From positions 18,378 through 82,377 of the forward strand of contig DATLJH010000009.1 in NCBI GenBank assembly GCA_035538935.1: a DNA stretch of 64,000 nt. Direction: 5' to 3'. Positions within the stretch are counted from its first letter, which is position 1. Every line of letters begins with the position of its first letter. A program made the translations under genes and the position numbers. Below are positions 1 to 8,763 of this stretch, one piece after another. This stretch comes from Sphingomonas sp. GTDB lineage: Bacteria; Pseudomonadota; Alphaproteobacteria; Sphingomonadales; Sphingomonadaceae. The notes beneath the pieces are model-generated. The model had not been told where the DNA came from and made no database searches. It saw nothing but the letters and a program-made list of their open reading frames with translations.

Positions 1-522
1 GGGCAGCAGCCTGACGGCAAGCTCGCCGGCCTTGCGGCCCGCCAGCACCTCGTCCTGCGACGCCAGCGCGACGAGGCCGGGATAGACATCCTTCACGCTG
101 CGCGTGCGCGGGTCGCCGACCAGCGCCGCGACCGCCGCGACGGGCACGTCCGCCTTGTTCGCGCGGCGCACCCAGCCTTCGGCCACCACCGAATCGAGCG
201 GCATGATCGCGATGCCGTCGACATGCTGCGCGATCAGGTCGTCGATGTCGTTGGCCTGTTTCTGCACGCCGCCCTGCGCGTCGAGCACGATCGCCGCCGC
301 GCCCGCTTTGGCCGCCGCCTCGGTGAAGCCCTTGGCGATCGCCGCGGCGAAGGGATAGCTCAGGCCCACCGTCGAGAGGCCGTAGCGCCCGCCGCCGCGA
401 TCCACGGCGGCCGCGACCGTGCCGTTCGCCGCGCGCGCCGCCTGCCGCACGCCGACCAACGATGCGATCGCGACGATCGCGACCACCGCCGTCAGCAGCA
501 GGGGCAGGGGCTTCCAGCGCAT
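1..522 (-). CDS. RbsB/LacI-type sugar-binding protein, truncated by the window edge
   Basis: Not in the ORF track; translated by hand from the ATG at 522: MRWKPLPLLLTAVVAIVAIASLVGVRQ (hydrophobic leader), then SYPFAAAIAKGFTEAA...VLDAQGGVQKQANDIDDLIAQHVDGIAIMPLD, typical of type I periplasmic binding proteins. Starts 2 nt after the MaoC stop. Confidence 0.8.
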   Translation of the reverse strand, partial: MRWKPLPLLLTAVVAIVAIASLVGVRQAARAANGTVAAAVDRGGGRYGLSTVGLSYPFAAAIAKGFTEAAAKAGAAAIVLDAQGGVQKQANDIDDLIAQHVDGIAIMPLDSVVAEGWVRRANKADVPVAAVAALVGDPRTRSVKDVYPGLVALASQDEVLAGRKAGELAVRLLP

Positions 523-524
523 CG

Positions 525-977
525 TCAGGCCGCGCCCTCGCGCCGCTCGACGAGGTAGAGATGCTCGCAGGCGAGCACGGTCTCGCCGCGCTGGTTCTGG
601 ATATCGACCTTCTCGACGACGACGCCGTGCCCGGTGCGCTTGGGATGATCCCGCTTTTCCGTAATTGTGGTAACGGTGTGGATGGTATCGCCGATATGCA
701 CCGGGCGGATGAAGCGCAGCCGGTCATAGCCGTAGGACATGGCGCGCGGGTTGATCGTGGTCGCGGTCAGCCCGATGCCGACGCTGAACACCAAAGTGCC
801 GTGCGCGATGCGCTGGCCGATCTCCTGCGTCGCGCACCAGGCGGCATCGACGTGATGCGGGAAATAATCGCCGGTATGGCCGGCATGGATGACGAAATCG
901 GCCTCGGTGATCGTGCGGCCGAAGCTGCGGCGTTCCGAGCCGATCTCGATATCCTCGAAAAACTGTTCGACGATCAT
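525..977 (-). CDS. MaoC-family (hot-dog fold) dehydratase / (R)-enoyl-CoA hydratase
   Basis: [13 protein letters not shown]...RTITEADF...GDYFPHHVD...RIAHG...[17 protein letters not shown] overlap with the upstream CoA-transferase stop. Confidence 0.88.
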   Translation of the reverse strand: MIVEQFFEDIEIGSERRSFGRTITEADFVIHAGHTGDYFPHHVDAAWCATQEIGQRIAHGTLVFSVGIGLTATTINPRAMSYGYDRLRFIRPVHIGDTIHTVTTITEKRDHPKRTGHGVVVEKVDIQNQRGETVLACEHLYLVERREGAA

Positions 978-2170
978 GATAGGTCTCCGTCGATCGCGGC
1001 GCGGTCCGCGCCCAGCCTGGGCGCGGCACGGCCGTTGGCGAGCACTTGCCCGTCGATGCGGATCGGGCAGCGGGTGAGGGTGAGCGTCGCGCCATCGGGC
1101 GCGCGGACCGCCTGCGTCGCATCGAGCGCGGCGAAGGCGGGATCGGCCCGCAATGCCGGCCAGTCGAGCACCGGCGCGGCCCAGATCCCGGCGGGTTCGA
1201 GGATGGCGAGCCAGGCGGCGGTGGTGTCCTGCGCCAGCCGGTCGCGCAGGTGGCGCTTGATCGCGTCGCGGCTGGTGAACCAGTCGTCGCGCGGGAAAGC
1301 CGCAAGCGCGGGGATGCCGAGCAATTCGCCGAGCCGATCGACCGGCGCCATCGCCAGCGCGATATATCCGTCGGCGGTCGGGTAGATGCCGTAGGGCGCG
1401 GCGAGGTAGACGTTGCCGTTGGCAATGTCGCTGCGCGGCGGCATCGCTTCGTCGCGGTTGAGATGGACCGAGAGATGCTCGAACTGGAGGTCGATCGCGG
1501 CCTCGATCAGGCTGACGTCGACGCGGCCGCCGGTGCCGGTGGTGCCGCGACGGACGAGCAACGCGAGCACGCCCTGGCAAAGCTGCGCACCCGCCATCAT
1601 GTCGGTGATCGCGAGGCCGGCGGGAACCGGCGGGCTACCCGCGTCGCCCGACAGCCAGGCGAGGCCGGATCGCGCCTGCACCAGCAGATCCTGCCCCGGC
1701 AGGTCGCGCCATGGCCCCTCCGCGCCGTAGCCGCTGACGCCTGCATAGACGAGGCGCGGGTTGAGCGCGCGCACGTCGTCCCAGCCCAGCCCCAGCCGCT
1801 CCATGATGCCGGGCCGGAAATTGTGGATCAGCACGTCGGCGCGCGCGATCAGGCGCTTGACCGCGGCGAGATCGGCCGCATCCTTGAGGTCGGCGGTGTA
1901 GCTCTGCTTGCCGCGATTGATCGCGTGGAACAGCGCGCTGTCGGAATCGAAGGCCAGATCGGCGAGGAACAGCCCCCGGCAGGCATCGCCGCCGTCGGGC
2001 CGCTCGACCTTGATGACGCGCGCGCCCAGATCGGCGAGCCGCAGCGCACAGGACGGCCCGGCGAGGAACTGGCTGAAATCGAGCACGACGAGCCCGTCGA
2101 GCGGCCGCGCGGGTGTCCCCCGATCCGCCCCCGGCGTGCTGTTCCCCGTCGCCGACAACCGCTCCTCCAA
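974..2170 (-). CDS. CaiB/BaiF class III CoA-transferase
   Basis: [57 protein letters not shown], and the catalytic Asp region [11 protein letters not shown] start. Confidence 0.92.
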   Translation of the reverse strand: MEERLSATGNSTPGADRGTPARPLDGLVVLDFSQFLAGPSCALRLADLGARVIKVERPDGGDACRGLFLADLAFDSDSALFHAINRGKQSYTADLKDAADLAAVKRLIARADVLIHNFRPGIMERLGLGWDDVRALNPRLVYAGVSGYGAEGPWRDLPGQDLLVQARSGLAWLSGDAGSPPVPAGLAITDMMAGAQLCQGVLALLVRRGTTGTGGRVDVSLIEAAIDLQFEHLSVHLNRDEAMPPRSDIANGNVYLAAPYGIYPTADGYIALAMAPVDRLGELLGIPALAAFPRDDWFTSRDAIKRHLRDRLAQDTTAAWLAILEPAGIWAAPVLDWPALRADPAFAALDATQAVRAPDGATLTLTRCPIRIDGQVLANGRAAPRLGADRAAIDGDLS

Positions 2171-2270
2171 TTAGTGATTTAATATGATGTATCTTCACAA
2201 ACGCTATGGGCGTGACTAGAGCGAGTCAACAGGTTTCGGGATAGAGCCGAAGAGGCATGAGAGGGCGACG

Positions 2271-3371
2271 ATGCGCGGGATGACGTGGGACCATGCGCGG
2301 GGATACGATCCGCTGGCCGCAGCCGCGCGGTTGTGGGCCGAGCGGACGGGCGTGTCGATCGCCTGGGATCGCCGGTCGCTCCAGGATTTCGAGAGCTATC
2401 CGGTAGAGACGCTGGCGCAAGAGTACGACCTGATCGTCATCGATCATCCGCATGTCGGCGGCGTCGCCGAAAGCGGGTGCCTGGTGCCGTTCGAGGGCGA
2501 CCTCGGCGAGATCGCCGCCGGATCGGTGGGCGGATCGTTCGAGAGCTATTGCTGGCAGGGGCGGCAATGGGCACTGCCGATCGACGCCGCCGCGCAGGTG
2601 CAGGCCTGGGTACCCGGTCGGATCGCGGCGCCGGTGACCGACTGGCGCGCGCTTGCCGCACTGGCGGCAGAGGGGCGGGTGGCGATCCCGCTGCGCGCGC
2701 CGCATTCGCTGATGAGCCTGTTCACCCTGTGCGGGCTCGAAGGTACGGGCCCCGACGTGGATGGCATCGACCTGTTTCCCGCGGGTGCGGTGCAGGCGTG
2801 CGCGCGGCTTGCCGAGCTCGCGGCGGCGGTCGATCCGGCGATGTACGACATGGACCCGATCGCGGTGCTCGAGGCGATGGCCGATCCGGCCGCACGGTTC
2901 GCGGTCGCGCCGCTGACCTACGGTTATGTGAGCTATGCCGTCGCCGGGTTCCGCCCCGTTCGGCTCGCCTTCGCGGACATCCCCGCGCTCGACGCCGGGC
3001 CGGCGGGATCGGCGCTCGGCGGCACGGGAATCGCCGTGTCGGCTTATGGCGGCGATCCCGCCGCCGCCGCCGACTTCGCGCGCTGGGTGGCGAGCGGCGC
3101 GGTGCAGCGCGACCTGTTCGCCGCCAATGGCGGGCAGCCGGCGCACGCGCTTGCCTGGGAAGCGGACGGCATCAACGCCGCGACCGGCGACTTCTATCGG
3201 GCGACACGCGACACGCTCGACCGCGCCTTCCTGCGGCCGCGCCATCATGGCTACATGGCGTATCAGGACGCCGCTTCGCATCGGCTCAACGAAGGACTGC
3301 GCGGCGGGGAAGCGCCTGCGGCGATCGTCGCGGCGCTCAACGCGCTCTATCGCGAAAGCCGCCAGCCGTGA
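2271..3371 (+). CDS. Type II solute-binding-protein-fold protein without a signal peptide
   Basis: MRGMTWDHARGYDPL...YDLIVIDHPHVG...WALPIDAAAQV. In-frame TAG at 2217 with no start codon between it and 2271. Confidence 0.75.
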   Translation: MRGMTWDHARGYDPLAAAARLWAERTGVSIAWDRRSLQDFESYPVETLAQEYDLIVIDHPHVGGVAESGCLVPFEGDLGEIAAGSVGGSFESYCWQGRQWALPIDAAAQVQAWVPGRIAAPVTDWRALAALAAEGRVAIPLRAPHSLMSLFTLCGLEGTGPDVDGIDLFPAGAVQACARLAELAAAVDPAMYDMDPIAVLEAMADPAARFAVAPLTYGYVSYAVAGFRPVRLAFADIPALDAGPAGSALGGTGIAVSAYGGDPAAAADFARWVASGAVQRDLFAANGGQPAHALAWEADGINAATGDFYRATRDTLDRAFLRPRHHGYMAYQDAASHRLNEGLRGGEAPAAIVAALNALYRESRQP

Positions 3372-4507
3372 GCGAAGCGCCGCTCGACGGCCTGCTCGTC
3401 ATCGACATGGCGCAATTCCTGTCGGGGCCGTCGGCGGCGCTGCGGCTCGCCGATCTCGGCGCGCGCGTCATCAAGATCGAGCGGCCGGGCAGCGGCGACA
3501 TCTGCCGGACGCTCTATCTGAGCGACACCGACGTCGAGGGCGATTCGACGCTGTTTCACGCGATCAACCGCAACAAGCAGAGCCTCGCCGCGGACCTGAA
3601 GGACGCGGCCGACCTCGCGCGCGTCAAGCGGCTGCTCGCGCGCGCCGATGTCGTGATCCAGAATTTCCGCCCCGGCGTCGCCGAGCGGCTGGGCCTCGGC
3701 GCCGAGGCGCTGATCGCGGCCAATCCGGGCCTGATCGTCGGCACCATCTCGGGCTATGGCGAGGACGGGCCGTGGGTCGATCTGCCGGGGCAGGATCTGC
3801 TCGCGCAGGCGCTGTCGGGGGTGATGTGGCTGGGCGGCGACGCCGGGGACGGACCGGTGCCGGTGGGGCTGTCGGTTGCCGACATGCTCGCCGGGCACAT
3901 CCTGACCGAAGGCGTGCTCGCCGCGCTCGTCCGGCGCGGGCGGACGGGGAAGGGCGGGCTGGTGCAGACGAGCCTGCTCGAGGCGATCGTCGATTTCCAG
4001 TTCGAGGTGCTGACGACGCACCTCAACGACGGCGGCCGGTTGCCCGCGCGCGCCGCGCGGCGCAACGCCCATGCCTATCTCGGTGCGCCCTACGGCGTCT
4101 ATCGCACGAGCGACGGTTGGTTGGCGCTGGCGATGATGCCGCTGGAAAAGCTGGCGCCGCTGCTCGACCTCGATTTCGGCGCGGCGGAAGCGTTCGCCGA
4201 CCGGGATCGTGTGAAGGCGATGATCGCCGATCGGCTCGCCACGCAACCGACCGACGCGTGGCTCGAGCTGCTGCGCGCGCACGACATCTGGTGCGCGCCG
4301 GTGCTCGACTGGCCGCACTTGCTGGCCTCGGAGGCGTTCCGCCGGCTCGACCTGCTGCAACGCGTGGCGCGCGCCGATGCCGCGATCGCGACGACGCGCG
4401 CGCCGTGGCGGCTCGACGGCGCGCGCCCAGAGAGCGGCACTGGCGCGCCACGCGTGGGCGAGCATAGCGCGCAGATCCGCCGAGAATTCGGATTGGATGA
4501 GGAGTAG
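3368..4507 (+). CDS. CaiB/BaiF class III CoA-transferase (second paralog)
   Basis: GTG at 3368 overlaps the previous stop (GTGA). [65 protein letters not shown]. Confidence 0.92.
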   Translation: MSEAPLDGLLVIDMAQFLSGPSAALRLADLGARVIKIERPGSGDICRTLYLSDTDVEGDSTLFHAINRNKQSLAADLKDAADLARVKRLLARADVVIQNFRPGVAERLGLGAEALIAANPGLIVGTISGYGEDGPWVDLPGQDLLAQALSGVMWLGGDAGDGPVPVGLSVADMLAGHILTEGVLAALVRRGRTGKGGLVQTSLLEAIVDFQFEVLTTHLNDGGRLPARAARRNAHAYLGAPYGVYRTSDGWLALAMMPLEKLAPLLDLDFGAAEAFADRDRVKAMIADRLATQPTDAWLELLRAHDIWCAPVLDWPHLLASEAFRRLDLLQRVARADAAIATTRAPWRLDGARPESGTGAPRVGEHSAQIRREFGLDEE

Positions 4508-4510
4508 GAC

Positions 4511-7500
4511 ATGACGGGTGGGATGAAGCGGCGGTTGGTCGGGGTGGCGCTGGGGGCGCTGGCGCTGGGCGGCGCGGGGGCGGTCGCGCAGGATCGGCCC
4601 GCGATGCCCGATGCCGAGACCTTCCGCACGCCGCCCGCCGAGACGCGGCCCGACACGCTCTATTTCTGGATGAACGGCAACGTCACGCGCGAGGGGCTCG
4701 ACGCCGATCTTGAGGCGATCCGCGACGTCGGGCTGGATGGCGTGATGGTGTTCGACGGCAGCAACGACATCCCCAAGGGGCCGGTCGATTATCTGAGTCC
4801 ACAATGGCTCGATCTGATGACGCACATGATCGGCAAGGCCGACACGCTGGGGCTCAAGGTCGGGATGCACAACGCGCCGGGCTGGTCGTCGAGCGGCGGC
4901 CCGTGGATCACGCCCGCCTTGTCGATGCAGCAGATCGTGTGGACCGAAACCACCGTGGACGGCGGCCGCACGGTGACGCAGACGCTGCCGCGCCCCTATG
5001 CCAAGCACGATTTCTACCGCGATGCCGCGGTGATCGCCTTCCCGGCATCGGCGGGGGACGAGAGCGTCTATCGCGATGCGATCGCGGGGATGACGCTGGG
5101 CGACGCCGAGACGCCGGCCGCCCAATTGACCGACCGCGATCTACATTCGAGCGCCGCGGCGGGGCCGGACGCGCCGCTGGTGATCCGGATGAAGGCGCCC
5201 TTCGCCGCGCAGGCGGTGACGCTTTACGGCGAGAAGGAAACGCCCGCGTTCAACGCGACGATCGAGGCGTCCGACGACGGCCAGCGCTGGCGCCCGGTGA
5301 CCAAGGTCAGCGTGGGGGCGGAGCGCGGCATCGAAAGCCCCGGCACCGCCAATTTCGATGAAACCACCGCGCGTTACTTCCGCGTGACGCCGAACCGCGA
5401 GGTCAAGCTGGCCGAGGCGTTGCTCTATGCCACGCCGCGCATTCCCGACTGGGACGTCAAGGCCGAGCACGATTTCGCGATGGAGGACGTGCCCGAGCAG
5501 GCGCCCGCCGACAAGCTCGCGCGCTACGCGATCGATCCGGCACGCGTGATCGACGTCACCGACAAGGTGGATGCGGCGGGCGTGCTGCGCTGGAAAGCGC
5601 CCGCGGGCCGCTGGACGATCCTGCGCCTGGGCCACACCACGACCGGCAAGGTCAACGTCTCGGCGTCGGAATCGGGGACGGGGCTGGAAGTCGACAAGCT
5701 CGACCGGGATGCGGTCGATTTCCAGTTCGACCACACCGTCGGGCGCGTCGCCAAAGCTGCCGGGGCGCTGACGGGCAAGACCTTCGACAAGATCGAGATC
5801 GACAGTTTCGAGGCGGGTCTCCAGAACTGGACCGTCAAGCTCCCCGCCGATTTCCAGCGGCTGAACAACTATGCGATCACGCCGTGGCTGCCCGCGCTGA
5901 CGGGGCGGATCGTCGGCGATGTCGAGCAATCGAACCGATTCCTGTTCGATTTCCGCCGCACGCTCGCCGAGCTGATGGTCGACAATTATTACGGCCGGAT
6001 GGAGCAGCGCGCCAACGCGGCGGGGCTCGATTTCTACACCGAGGGCTACGGCCCCGGCCCGTTCGACGAGCTCCAGGTGTCGGGCCGCGCCCAGGTGCCG
6101 ATGACCGAATTCTGGACGCGCACGCCCTGGACCGACAACCGCACGGTCAAGATGGTCGCCTCCGCCGCGCACGTCTACGGCAAGCCGGTGGTCGCCGCCG
6201 AGGCCTTTACCGGCGAGGCGGAGACGAGCCGCTGGTCCGATTATCCCTATGCGCTGAAAGCACTCGGCGATCAGATGTTCGCGCAGGGCTTCAACCAGAT
6301 CTTCTTCCACCGCTACGCGCACCAGCCGAACGTCAATCCCGTGCCGGGCATGACGATGGGGCCGTGGGGCATGAACATGGACCGGACCAACACCTGGTTC
6401 GGCGAGGCCAGGCCCTGGCTCGATACGCTGGCGCGCAGCCAATATATGCTGCGGCAGGGCCATTATGTCGCCGACGTGCTCTATTTCGTCGGCGAGAACA
6501 GCCCGAACCAGGCCGAATATGTCCGCCCCGACGTGTCGCCGGACACCAACCCGCTGATCGGGCGGCATTTCGATCCCAGGATGCCGCCTGGCTACAATTA
6601 CGATCTCGTCAACGCCGAGGTGCTGCTGAAGCGCGCGCGGATCGAGGACGGGCGGATCGTACTACCTAACGGCGCCTCGTACCGGATGCTGGCGCTGCCC
6701 TCCGACATTCGTGCGATGACGCCCGAGCTGGCGCACCGGCTGCGCGAGATGGTCGAGCAAGGCATGGTGCTGCTGGGCCCGAAGCCGACCTATTCGTTGA
6801 CGCTGCACGACGACGCGACGTTCGACGCCGATACCGCCGCTTTGTGGGGATCGGGCGAGGCGGCCGGGCCGCGCGCCGTCGGTAAGGGCCGCGTCTATGC
6901 CGATGGCGAGATCGGCGGCGTGCTCGGCGATCTCGGCGTCGGGCCGGACGCGATCTGCCGAACCGCTTCACCCGACGGGCAGGTGGTGTGGCTGCACCGC
7001 GCGCTGACGGGCGGGGATTCCTATTTCGTCGCCAACCGGCAGCGCCGCTACGAAACCGTCACCTGCGACTTCCGCGTCGCGGGCAAGGCGCCCGAATTGT
7101 GGAATCCCGAAACCGGCGGCGTCACCGCGCCCGCGGTCTATGACGTGACGGGCGGGCGCACGCGGGTGTCGTTCACGCTGTCGCCGGTCGGATCGACCTT
7201 CGTGATGTTCGAGCATCCGGCGAGCGATGCCGCGATCAAGTGGGTCGCGCGCGACGGCAAGCGCTTCGTCGATGCCGATGCGGCGGCGCCGGCGAAGGTC
7301 GCGGCGCCCGCGGACAGCTTCACGCTGTCGATCTGGGCCAAGCCCGACATCGACCTGCGCCTGATGCCCGACGAGGGCACGACCGGGCGCATCAACGAGA
7401 CGGGGAAGAACTATCTCGTTCCCGCGCGCTCGGGCCGCGATATGCACGGGGAGGGGACGGCCGTTGCGGGCCTCGCGGTCGGGCGCAACGGCGCGTTCGT

Positions 7501-8554
7501 GATCGAGCGCGCCTCGCCCGACACGGTGCCCGCCGTGCTGGTGAGCCATCGGCCGATCGCGGGCTGGACGCATTTCGCCTTGGTCTACGATCGCGGTACG
7601 CCGACGCTCTATATCGCCGGCAAGAAGGCGAAGACCGGCCTCAAGAGCGGGCGCACCGTCTATGCGGGTGGCAGCGATGCGCCCTCGCCGACGGGGGTCA
7701 CCTATTTCTTCGAAGGCAACAACACGCCGCTTCAGACCTACGGTCGCGTGCTGTCTGCGGCGGAGATCGCCGCGATCGCCGCCAAGGGCCCGCCCGCGCC
7801 GCCGATCAGCGCCGCGCCGGCGCGCGTCACGCTCGGCGAGGGCGGGGCGCTCGACATGCTGGCGTGGCAATCGGGGCGCTACAGCCTCAGCAACGGCAAG
7901 ACGTTCGAGGTGAAGGTGCCCGATCCAATCACCGTGGAGGGGGCGTGGCAGGTCGTCTTCGAGAAGGACCGCGGCGCGCCTGAGGCGATCACGCTGCCGA
8001 AGCTCGAATCGCTCAGCGACAATGATGATCGGCGCGTGAAATATTTCAGCGGCACCGCGACCTACAGCCGCTCGATCGAGGTGTCGGCCCCGGCGTTGCG
8101 TGAGGGGCGGCGCGTCTATCTCGACCTCGGCCGCGTCGAGGTGCTCGCGCGCGTCACCGTCAACGGCAAGGATCTGGGGACGGTATGGAAGGCGCCCTAT
8201 CGCGTCGACGTCACCGATGTTCTCCACGCCGGCGCCAATCAGGTCTCGGTCGCGGTAACCAGCCTGTGGCCCAACCGCCTGATCGGCGACGCGCAACTTC
8301 CCGATCCGGACAGTTATGTCGATGCCGAATGGCCGGTCGGCGAGCGCTTCGCCGCCGACGGCAGCAAGACCGTGCTGATGGCGCAGAAGATGCCCGAGCT
8401 GCCGGCCTGGTATCGCGAAGGCAAGCCCAAGCCCGACGATGGCCGCGTCACCTTCGCGCCGTGGAAATTCTTCCCCGCCGACGAGCCGCTGCTCGATTCG
8501 GGGCTGCTCGGCCCGGTGCGGATCGTCTTCGCCGAGGAGAAGACGCTGCGGTGA
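4511..8554 (+). CDS. GH106-family alpha-L-rhamnosidase-like glycosidase with a discoidin-like region and an inserted LamG-like domain
   Basis: Signal peptide; [61 protein letters not shown]; C-terminal GH2-like sugar-binding domain ([31 protein letters not shown]). Confidence 0.85.
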   Translation: MTGGMKRRLVGVALGALALGGAGAVAQDRPAMPDAETFRTPPAETRPDTLYFWMNGNVTREGLDADLEAIRDVGLDGVMVFDGSNDIPKGPVDYLSPQWLDLMTHMIGKADTLGLKVGMHNAPGWSSSGGPWITPALSMQQIVWTETTVDGGRTVTQTLPRPYAKHDFYRDAAVIAFPASAGDESVYRDAIAGMTLGDAETPAAQLTDRDLHSSAAAGPDAPLVIRMKAPFAAQAVTLYGEKETPAFNATIEASDDGQRWRPVTKVSVGAERGIESPGTANFDETTARYFRVTPNREVKLAEALLYATPRIPDWDVKAEHDFAMEDVPEQAPADKLARYAIDPARVIDVTDKVDAAGVLRWKAPAGRWTILRLGHTTTGKVNVSASESGTGLEVDKLDRDAVDFQFDHTVGRVAKAAGALTGKTFDKIEIDSFEAGLQNWTVKLPADFQRLNNYAITPWLPALTGRIVGDVEQSNRFLFDFRRTLAELMVDNYYGRMEQRANAAGLDFYTEGYGPGPFDELQVSGRAQVPMTEFWTRTPWTDNRTVKMVASAAHVYGKPVVAAEAFTGEAETSRWSDYPYALKALGDQMFAQGFNQIFFHRYAHQPNVNPVPGMTMGPWGMNMDRTNTWFGEARPWLDTLARSQYMLRQGHYVADVLYFVGENSPNQAEYVRPDVSPDTNPLIGRHFDPRMPPGYNYDLVNAEVLLKRARIEDGRIVLPNGASYRMLALPSDIRAMTPELAHRLREMVEQGMVLLGPKPTYSLTLHDDATFDADTAALWGSGEAAGPRAVGKGRVYADGEIGGVLGDLGVGPDAICRTASPDGQVVWLHRALTGGDSYFVANRQRRYETVTCDFRVAGKAPELWNPETGGVTAPAVYDVTGGRTRVSFTLSPVGSTFVMFEHPASDAAIKWVARDGKRFVDADAAAPAKVAAPADSFTLSIWAKPDIDLRLMPDEGTTGRINETGKNYLVPARSGRDMHGEGTAVAGLAVGRNGAFVIERASPDTVPAVLVSHRPIAGWTHFALVYDRGTPTLYIAGKKAKTGLKSGRTVYAGGSDAPSPTGVTYFFEGNNTPLQTYGRVLSAAEIAAIAAKGPPAPPISAAPARVTLGEGGALDMLAWQSGRYSLSNGKTFEVKVPDPITVEGAWQVVFEKDRGAPEAITLPKLESLSDNDDRRVKYFSGTATYSRSIEVSAPALREGRRVYLDLGRVEVLARVTVNGKDLGTVWKAPYRVDVTDVLHAGANQVSVAVTSLWPNRLIGDAQLPDPDSYVDAEWPVGERFAADGSKTVLMAQKMPELPAWYREGKPKPDDGRVTFAPWKFFPADEPLLDSGLLGPVRIVFAEEKTLR

Positions 8555-8564
8555 TTGCTGGCGT

Positions 8565-8707
8565 TTAGAGCAACGTGCGTTTAATCTGACCCAACGCCGT
8601 TCGCCCTGAGCTTGTCGAAGGGCCGTTCTTCTTTTCCACGACGAGAAAAGGACGGTGCTTCGACAAGCTCAGCACGAACGATTCTGATTTAAGGCACGTT
8701 GTTTTAA
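8565..8707. repeat. About 143 bp nested palindromic MITE/REP-like element
   Basis: Outer arms TTAGAGCAACGTGC / GCACGTTGTTTTAA enclose the inner hairpin CGTTCGCCCTGAGCTTGTCGAAG / CTTCGACAAGCTCAGCACGAACG. Confidence 0.75.
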
Positions 8708-8714
8708 TTATCTT

Positions 8715-8744
8715 CGTCACCCCGGCCTTCGAGCCGGGGTGACG
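8715..8744. terminator. GC-rich hairpin between convergent genes (bidirectional terminator or REP half)
   Basis: CGTCACCCCGGC-cttcga-GCCGGGGTGACG, a perfect 12 bp stem. Confidence 0.6.
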
Positions 8745-8763
8745 GGATATTGGATGTGCCGGC

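Noticed and set aside
2285-4507. 740 aa ORF suggesting an N-terminally extended CoA-transferase
   Set aside because: The first 361 codons overlap the SBP-fold gene in another frame and read as low-complexity noise; the GTG at 3368 fits coupling with the upstream stop.
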